In this document: positions 25,540-32,000 of the stretch, piece by piece | How the letters are laid out: every line of letters begins with the position of its first letter | Numbering within the stretch: position 1 is the first letter of the stretch | Origin: Candidatus Electronema halotolerans | GTDB taxonomy: Bacteria > Desulfobacterota > Desulfobulbia > Desulfobulbales > Desulfobulbaceae | DNA: 32,000 nt | Assembly (NCBI GenBank): GCA_942493095.1 | Contig: OW818675.1 | Span: 720,001-752,000, forward strand | Direction: 5' to 3' | Made by a program: the position numbers and the translations under genes | The notes under the pieces: model-generated | Told to the model about the DNA's origin: nothing | Database searches by the model: none | What the model saw: only the letters and a program-made list of their open reading frames with translations

Positions 25540-26058
25540 TTTTCCATTAATCAGTAATAAGTTGCAAGCGCAATAGAGGCGCAGACAATTCTGCACCACC
25601 TCACCAACGCAGAACGTAACCAGATTCACGCTCCAAAGCAAGCAGGATAACGCACTGCGGCTGCCCCGCCTTTCTTTCGGCCCTGCTTCGGCGTGGTGGC
25701 CCGCGATGCGACCGCTGCCCGACCAAGGCCCTGCGCCGCGTTGATGCGGACGAGATGCTGTGGGAAGTTGTCTGACCTCCATCAAATTATCCATCAACAC
25801 CTTGCCATCCATCAGTTTTTCCGAAACAAGCCTGCTGGATGGCAGCAGCCCGGACTGCTGCTCCGCGTCTGTTTTCAATGCGACCTGTTTTTTTATTTGA
25901 CGGAATTATCACCTTGCAGTACGTTTTCAGACTCTGAAATTCAGAGGTTATGGCAGATGAAAATGAGGGCGGGCGGCACACGGAAGAACGTTCAGCACGC
26001 AGTCCTGCCAAGACAACCAAGGGGAGTTTGCAAGGTGGAAGAGTGTACCGGCAGGAAT

Positions 26059-26841
26059 ATGGAACAGGACGGCATCACACGACGGAAGATGCTTGTCGGC
26101 ACTGGTGCCTTGGCTGCGGGCGCGGCCTTGACGCATGTCAGCGGCCTGATCAGCCCGGCAGCGGCCAGCGGCGGCCAGTTGGAGAAATGGCCTTGGCCAT
26201 ACAAAATACTTGATCCCAAGGATACAGCGGAACTTGCCTACAATGAATGGTACAGAATTTTCTGCGGGGCAGCAGTCATCAGCAGCGTTTTCGGCCAGCT
26301 CCGCGAACTGATCGGCGAACCCTACACCTTGTTCCCGATTGATGCCTTTGTCTATCTTGAGGGCGGTCAAGCTGGCTGGGGCACGATCTGCGGCGCGGCT
26401 GCCGGAGCAAACGTAGTGGCCAACATGATCATCGGGCCAAGAATTGACGGCAGCACCATCGGCCATCAGATAGCCACGGATATCATGCAATGGTATTCAC
26501 AGACCCAACTGCCGGTTTATAAGCCGCAAGAGCCGAAAATCAACGCCGAGCCGGTGAAAACGATGAGCAATTCGCCGCTCTGCCATATTTCTGTGGGCAA
26601 ATGGATGAAGGCGGCCAATAAGCCGTTAGTCAGCCCGGAACGAAAAGACCGCTGCGCCAGAGTCACCGCCAGCACAGCCTACCGTCTGGTTGAGCTGCTC
26701 AACAAATGGAAGCAGGGCGGCTACGAGTCAAACACGGATTTCAACTGCGGTGCCAATTACGGCATCACCGGCCAGTTCAACTGCACCGACTGCCACGGCA
26801 GCAATGTGCCGCAGGCTCCTCAAGCTCCGCACAACACCTGA
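26059..26841 (+). CDS. Tat-exported C_GCAxxG_C_C-family redox protein with a C-terminal CxxCH haem-c motif (split-Soret cytochrome c-like)
   Basis: Twin-arginine signal MEQDGITRRKMLVGTGALAAGAALT. Family cysteines in FCGAAV, GTICGAAAGA, SPLCHIS and DRCARV. NCTDCHG lies near the C-terminus. The start is chosen at the ATG at 26059, and the upstream part of ORF 25693.. is rejected. Confidence 0.65.
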   Translation: MEQDGITRRKMLVGTGALAAGAALTHVSGLISPAAASGGQLEKWPWPYKILDPKDTAELAYNEWYRIFCGAAVISSVFGQLRELIGEPYTLFPIDAFVYLEGGQAGWGTICGAAAGANVVANMIIGPRIDGSTIGHQIATDIMQWYSQTQLPVYKPQEPKINAEPVKTMSNSPLCHISVGKWMKAANKPLVSPERKDRCARVTASTAYRLVELLNKWKQGGYESNTDFNCGANYGITGQFNCTDCHGSNVPQAPQAPHNT

Positions 26842-26913
26842 GCTGTGATTTATTTTGCTGCCAGCGGGGCGCAGCCGCTCCGCTGGAAAGTCTCTCCTGC
26901 CGCATATTTTCTC

Positions 26914-26943
26914 TTGACACCTGCCTCCATTTTTTGATAATAT
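26914..26943 (+). promoter_or_regulatory. Putative promoter of tRNA-Gln
   Basis: TTGACA (26914-26919), then GATAAT (26936-26941, 16-bp spacer) or TAATAT (26938-26943, 18-bp spacer). The tRNA starts at 26958. Confidence 0.5.
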
Positions 26944-26957
26944 CCACCTATCCTTTT

Positions 26958-27035
<78 letters not shown>

Positions 27036-27561
27036 TTTCCTGCCAGCAGTTTTCTCTTTTTTTCAACAATATCTGAGTGGTTGTTCAGGCTGCGGTTGCT
27101 GATGGACAGTGCGGGTGATCTGAGATAAATCACGACAGGGACTGAGCAGTTCCTCGCCAAGGTCGTCTTTTCCTCGCAGACCGCAGCAGCCCATTTGCCG
27201 CAGGCGGGCGAGTTCAGGATCAGCGCGTTCCGCGAAGACCGTCGGCTTGGCGGATCAGATGAGCGAGGCAGGGCCTGCCGCTTTCCAACCCATTTCTGAT
27301 AAACGTTGCACCTGTTATCAGATGCACCTTTAAATTGTGAACAGCATGCGAACCTTTTCGATATGATCTCATCAAAAATCATACACTAAAAGTCTTGGAC
27401 TGAAGTTCATAGTTTTTACTATCGATTGGGACAATAAAAAATAACCAAAGATATAAACATCTACAGAGTTCCTGCCGAACTGGCAGGCATTTTGCAGTGA
27501 TCAGGCTTGAAATTAAAAACAAAAGATCAATGCAGGCCGGGCGCAGGCATTGACAAGCTGC

Positions 27562-29181
27562 TCACAGCATTCTTCCTTCTGCCCAGACCGCCAGCTTTTC
27601 CCGGAAAATTTTGGCATTGTGGCGGATATCCACAGGAAATGCCGGGTGGATCAGGAACGTCTCAAGCGCAGCGGTCAGCGGATTGGCCAAAGCGAGCTGG
27701 CGCAGTTCGCTGAAGAGCAGCCGCTCGTCCGCTGTCTTTTCGTGCAGTTCGACAACAAGAACTGGCTGCTGCGCGCCCGGCTGGCCAATGCCAACCAAGG
27801 CGGAGCGGAAAACCTGCGGATGCTGGTTGAAGATGGCCTCGCAGCAGACGCTGTAGAGCGGCCCGTCCGCAGTCAGCACTCGGTGCGCCTTGCGCCCGCA
27901 GAACCAGAGCCTGCCCTGCTGATCAAGACAGCCCATGTCACCCATCCGATGCCAGAAGCCGCCATTGGCATCCGGCACTTTTGCCAACACAGTTTCCCGT
28001 TCATTCTGATCATAAGCCCGTGTCACCACCGGCCCTTTGACCGCAATTTCGCCAATGCTTTCCGGCGGCAGCAGCTCGGCCTCGCGCCAGTCTGCCATCG
28101 GGCCGTCAACCGGCTTGATGATGGCAATGGTCATGCCGGGCAGCGGGCGGCCCACGCAGGTGCCTTTGCCAAGGCGGGTCTGCGGCCACGTCTGGCTGAG
28201 AATCTCCTTGCCAGTGATCGAAGCTGAGGGCAGACTTTCAGTTGCGCCGTAGGGTGTATAGACGGTGCCGTCTGGGGGCATGATGCGCTGCACCCGCTCG
28301 ATCAGCTCGCCCGGCACTGGCGCGCCTGCCATGAGAATCTTGCGCACTGGCAGGGTGATCTTGTGCTCGATGCAGTAGCGGCTGACCACATTCCAAATCG
28401 CGGGCGAGCCAAAGGAGTACGTGACTTGCCAGTCCTGAATCGAGCGGATGAACTTGGCCGGGTCAACCTGCGCAGGCCGGGTCGGGTCCATGTCCGGGAT
28501 CACTGCTGCCGCGCCAAGGGCAGCGGCAAAGAGGCCGAAGAGCGGAAAGCCGGGCTGGTCAATATCGCTAGGGCCGATGCCGTAATAGTCGCGAATCAGC
28601 TGGAGTTGATGAAAGAAAATGCCGTGCGTGTATTGCACACCCTTGGGCGGCCCGGTCGAGCCGGTGGTGAAAATAATGGCGGCCAGCTCATCCTCAGCGG
28701 TTTGCACTGCGGTAAAGTCTGGATCCGGGCTGACCGACGCAAGGCTGTTTCCGAGCAGGCCGCCAAGGGATGGGCCGATGCAGATGCGGCGGCGGACAGT
28801 CTGGAAGGGTTTGCGGAAGAGACGGGCGACAAGCTGCACCGGCGGAATGGCGATCAGCACGGCTGGCTTGACTGCGCCAATGCAGCGGAGCAGGTTCTTG
28901 TAGCCCATGCCCGGATCAATCAAAATCACCACTGCGCCAAGCTGGAACAAAGCAAAGCTCAGGCTGATGAAGTTAAGCGAAGGCCGCACCATGAGCATGA
29001 CCCGGTCGCCACGCCGCACCCCTTGCGCTTGCAGGGCATTGGCATGACGGCAGCTTGCAGCCAGCAGCTCGCGGAAGCTCCATTGCTGGTACTGGCCGTT
29101 TTTGCCGGTGACAAGGGCGAGGGCATCGCCCCGCGCTGCGGCAGCCTCATGCAGGGCCGCGCCGATGTTGCAGTTGGTCAT
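27562..29181 (-). CDS. Adenylate-forming (ANL superfamily) enzyme, OleC-like / fatty-acyl-AMP ligase-like
   Basis: AMP-binding core IIFTTGSTGPPKGV, YGATE, the hinge GDMG..D..GRLWFCGRK, and a C-terminus HPAFPVDIRHNAKIFREKLAVWA that I associate with OleC-type beta-lactone synthetases. The start is set at the ATG at 29181 (MTNCNIGAALHEAA..). The longer ORF-track start at 29385 lies inside the IS. Confidence 0.75.
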   Translation of the reverse strand: MTNCNIGAALHEAAAARGDALALVTGKNGQYQQWSFRELLAASCRHANALQAQGVRRGDRVMLMVRPSLNFISLSFALFQLGAVVILIDPGMGYKNLLRCIGAVKPAVLIAIPPVQLVARLFRKPFQTVRRRICIGPSLGGLLGNSLASVSPDPDFTAVQTAEDELAAIIFTTGSTGPPKGVQYTHGIFFHQLQLIRDYYGIGPSDIDQPGFPLFGLFAAALGAAAVIPDMDPTRPAQVDPAKFIRSIQDWQVTYSFGSPAIWNVVSRYCIEHKITLPVRKILMAGAPVPGELIERVQRIMPPDGTVYTPYGATESLPSASITGKEILSQTWPQTRLGKGTCVGRPLPGMTIAIIKPVDGPMADWREAELLPPESIGEIAVKGPVVTRAYDQNERETVLAKVPDANGGFWHRMGDMGCLDQQGRLWFCGRKAHRVLTADGPLYSVCCEAIFNQHPQVFRSALVGIGQPGAQQPVLVVELHEKTADERLLFSELRQLALANPLTAALETFLIHPAFPVDIRHNAKIFREKLAVWAEGRML

Positions 29182-29208
29182 AAATAATCTGTAACTACTC
29201 AGCCTGAC

Positions 29209-29245
29209 AAAAAAGGCCGTTTTCAGAAGTGCTGAAGACGGCCTT
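29209..29245 (-). terminator. Hairpin plus U-tract at the transposase-distal end of the IS (reads as a terminator on the minus strand)
   Basis: Minus strand: AAGGCCGTCTTCAG, 5-nt loop, CTGAAAACGGCCTT, then TTTTTT. It sits between the transposase stop (29255) and the IS end (29191). Confidence 0.5.
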
Positions 29246-29254
29246 ACTCGTTTT

Positions 29255-30728
29255 TTATACTGCGGAATCGGGGATAAAAGGACTTCCAAGGAAAGCATCT
29301 TTGATCGCTTCAAAAATGTTTCTTGAATTTTTACGGACCGTGGAGATATATCCCCGGATACAGGCGAATCGTTCTGCCCCCTCAAGTGTTCGGAAGCAGC
29401 CGGAAACCTTCTGCTTGACCTTGATCATCCGCACATCTCTTTCCGCCGCGTTGTTGTCGAACGGAACCCGGAAATCATACATGAATGCGAGGGTCTCCGC
29501 CCTGTAATCACGCATCCGTGTCAGCAAATTGAGCGGCGGAGTCTTCTTCGCCCGTCCTCGTTTTTTCTCCTTAGGCGGAGTGAACGGATTGTCGGCAAAA
29601 CCCCGTCGGACGATTTCATCATACCGCCGCTCAAATTCTTCGATCTTCTCCGGCGCGAAGCCGTCCCGATCCGGCTTCAGCTTTTCAGCCGCGCCTTTTA
29701 TTTCAAGCAACAGCTCGGCCATCTCGCCGGCCCAAACTTGTCCATACTGTTTTTCTATGAACTTGAGTTCCCGGAGATGATGCGCATTGCACAGCGCATG
29801 ACCGCAGTTTTCATAGCTGAAGTACGATTTCCAATGATCATGCGTCGCTGTTCCTGTGAACTTTCCAAGGATTCCCGCTGCGTCCATCGCCTCTTTTCCC
29901 CGTTTTTCATGCACCGAATAATGGGTGAGGCAGTTCTGTCGAAGCGACATGCAGCCAGTGCAGCTTCCCTTTCACGCGGACTCCGCTTTCATCGGCATGT
30001 AACACATCGGTATTCATGAGCAGTTTTTCGACTGCTTCCGTTGAAGGACGCACGCATCCGCAAAGCTCTTCCGATGCCTTCAGCAGCGAACCCTCGGAGA
30101 CGGAATGCCCGGTCAGGTCTTCGATAATCTGCGCAGCCCGTTCAAGCGGAATATGATGCTGGTTCGCGAAATATGCCGCCCAAGTTTTCACCCCCGTGCC
30201 GTAACGGATGCCCTGTCCGACGTTTTCCGGGAATTTGCCTCTGTTTTCCGTGCCGCAGCCGGGACAGATTTTTATTTCCGCTCGATGCGAGGTCACTTCA
30301 ATCCGAATCGCCGGAATATCATAAACCTGCCGTTCCTCCTCTCCGACAGCGACGACATCCGCAAGCGACATTTTGCAAGCCGCGCATTCCTCGGGTTTAT
30401 ACCTCTCCGTAGAATCCGGTGCCGCAGACCGCTCAAGAGTATGCCCTTGATGACCTGGCTGGCCGCCGTTCGGCTTCCTGCCGGACTCTCTCAGACTTTC
30501 CGTTCGCTTCGCTTTACCGTATCCATCGCTCGAAGGCGGTTTCCCGCTGTTCCGACTGTTTTTCGACAGCCGGGCCTGCAAATCCTTCAATATCTCGGAC
30601 TGCTTGGCTGACTGAGCGGCGAGGTTTTCAACCTGCGCAGTTATACTGCTAAACAGGGCGACGACCGCTTCTTCGCCTTCTGCGTATGCAGCACGGACTT
30701 CTTTTTCACTAGGAACACTGAAATTCAT
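29255..30728 (-). pseudogene. IS66-family transposase, disrupted by a 1-nt insertion
   Basis: The reading frame is split into ORFs 29907-30728 and 29255-29950. Relative to the neighbouring copy (GGCAGTCTGTCG), this copy reads GGCAGTTCTGTCG at ~29934, giving ...HVASTELPHPLFGA* instead of ...HVASTDCLTHYSVHEKRG... Confidence 0.8.
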
Positions 30729-30788
30729 AACGGCAGCATAATCTTTACCTGTTGATTTTGTCAAGAGGCTTGGCGGATGCCTGAGTAG

Positions 30789-31985
30789 TTACGGCGGAGT
30801 CTTCTTCACCCGTCCTCGTTTTTTCTCCTTAGGCGGAGTGAACGGATTGTCCGCAAAACCCCGTCGGACGATTTCATCATACCGCCGCTCAAATTCTTCG
30901 ATCTTCTCCGGCGTGAAGCCGTCCCGATCCGGCTTCAGCTTTTCAGCCGCGCCTTTTATTTCAAGCAGCAGCTCGGCCATCTCGCCGGCCCAAACTTGTC
31001 CGTACTGTTTTTCTATGAACTTGAGTTCCCGGAGATGATGCGCATTGCACAGCGCATGACCGCAGTTTTCATAGCTGAAGTACGATTTCCAATGATCATG
31101 CGTCGCTGTTCCTGTGAACTTTCCAAGGATTCCCGCTGCGTCCATCGCCTCTTTTCCCCGTTTTTCATGCACCGAATAATGGGTGAGGCAGTCTGTCGAA
31201 GCGACATGCAGCCAGTGCAGCTTCCCTTTCACGCGGACTCCGCTTTCATCGGCATGTAACACATCGGTATTCATGAGCAGTTTTTCGACTGCTTCCGTTG
31301 AAGGACGCACGCATCCGCAAAGCTCTTCCGATGCCTTCAGCAGCGAACCCTCGGAGACGGAATGCCCGGTCAGGTCTTCGATAATCTGCGCAGCCCGTTC
31401 AAGCGGAATATGATGCTGGTTCGCGAAATATGCCGCCCAAGTTTTCACCCCCGTGCCGTAACGGATGCCCTGTCCGACGTTTTCCGGGAATTTGCCTCTG
31501 TTTTCCGTGCCGCAGCCGGGACAGATTTTTATTTCCGCTCGATGCGAGGTCACTTCAATCCGAATCGCCGGAATATCATAAACCTGCCGTTCCTCCTCTC
31601 CGACAGCGACGACATCCGCAAGCGACATTTTGCAAGCCGCGCATTCCTCGGATTTATACCTCTCCGTAGAATCCGGCGCCGCAGACCGCTCAAGAGTATG
31701 CCCTTGATGACCTGGCTGGCCGCCGTTCGGCTTCCTGCCGGACTCTCTCAGACTTTCCGTTCGCTTCGCTTTACCGTATCCATCGCTCGAAGGCGGTTTC
31801 CCGCTGTTCCGACTGTTTTTCGACAGCCGGGCCTGCAAATCCTTCAATATCTCGGACTGCTTGGCTGACTGAGCGGCGAGGTTTTCAACCTGCGCAGTTA
31901 TACTGCTAAACAGGGCGACGACCGCTTCTTCGCCTTCTGCGTATGCAGCACGGACTTCTTTTTCACTAGGAACACTGAAATTCAT
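30789..31985 (-). pseudogene. IS66-family transposase, C-terminally truncated (398 aa of ~490)
   Basis: The frame is intact from the ATG at 31985 (MNFSVPSEKE). It ends ...KKRGRVKKTPP at a TAA supplied by the terminal repeat of copy 1. It lacks the last ~90 residues seen in copy 1 (LNLLTRMRDY...FIPDSAV). Confidence 0.8.
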
Positions 31986-32000
31986 AACGGCAGCATAATC
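30793..32000 (-). mobile_element. Second IS66-family copy, same orientation, lacking its ~340-bp transposase-distal end and running off the window
   Basis: 30793-32000 aligns with 29534-30743 of copy 1 with only a handful of substitutions plus the 1-nt indel. It starts abruptly at the outer end of copy 1. The expected terminal repeat would lie ~50 bp beyond the window end. Confidence 0.85.

Larger units (their letters stand above)
29191..30792 (-). mobile_element. IS66-family insertion sequence, complete ends (1602 bp), single-ORF (ISBst12-like) type, transposase frameshifted
   Basis: Terminal inverted repeats GTAACTACTCAGCC (29191-29204) and GTAACTACTCAGGC (complement of 30779-30792), matching 12/14 with the IS66-typical GTAA tip. 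The internal ORFs are IS66 TnpC-like, with an N-terminal coiled region, the zinc-finger-like CPGCG, and HADESGVRV..LHWLHV. Confidence 0.85.

Noticed and set aside
25540-26058. Looked for a cobalamin riboswitch in the GC-rich 520-bp region upstream of the DUF2806-cbiA string, on both strands. This covers the 113-codon extension of ORF 24523-25878 and the 122-codon extension of ORF 25693-26841.
   Set aside because: Only weak, scattered resemblances are visible, and they lie on the plus strand: GCTGCCCCGCC, GGTGG...GCTGCCCGACC, TGGGAAGT. I cannot find a convincing AGGGAA element or a B12 box (consensus like AGTCAGGANACCTGCC) on the cbiA strand. The ORF extensions translate to non-protein-like sequence. 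The decisive test is cmsearch with the Rfam Cobalamin and AdoCbl-variant models over 25540-26058 on both strands. A hit on the minus strand would change the interpretation of the DUF2806 insertion.

Overview
This is a GC-rich chromosomal segment (roughly 55-60% G+C by eye). The gene content looks like an anaerobic Desulfobacterota/deltaproteobacterium: futalosine-pathway mqnC, anaerobic cbiA/cbiC, and a Tat-exported C_GCAxxG_C_C protein with a haem motif. That taxonomic call is an inference.

The housekeeping backbone has four parts:
- A long minus-strand operon: MoxR ATPase, DUF58, DUF4381, BatA (vWA), MqnC, DUF218, and further downstream an amidohydrolase.
- gmhB, leuC-leuD and tRNA-His.
- An MDR dehydrogenase.
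- A translationally coupled minus-strand string: DUF2806-like gene, cbiA, a 1335-aa BvgS-like hybrid histidine kinase, cbiC. tRNA-Gln lies beyond it.

The less ordinary content, in window order:
1. A receiver/DUF4388/Roadblock-LC7 fusion protein with an internal Shine-Dalgarno (SD) plus ATG.
2. A divergent pair next to the MoxR/vWA operon: a Sel1-repeat protein with an internally duplicated unknown module, and an exported caspase-like protease fused to an FGE/SUMF1-like domain.
3. Two small lipoproteins, one built from near-identical 63-bp tandem repeats.
4. A ~0.77-kb AT-rich insert upstream of leuC. It is bracketed by a duplicated leuC promoter and 5' end, carries an orphan 125-aa ORF with a near-consensus promoter, and contains three 23-bp dyad-symmetric tandem motifs.
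5. An AT-rich DUF2806-like gene overlapping the cbiA start by ATGA.
6. An orphan OleC-like adenylating enzyme whose upstream region is replaced by an IS66-family element.
7. Two head-to-tail IS66-family copies, both apparently defective.

There is no CRISPR array and no rRNA. All domain calls come from motif recognition by eye, not from searches.
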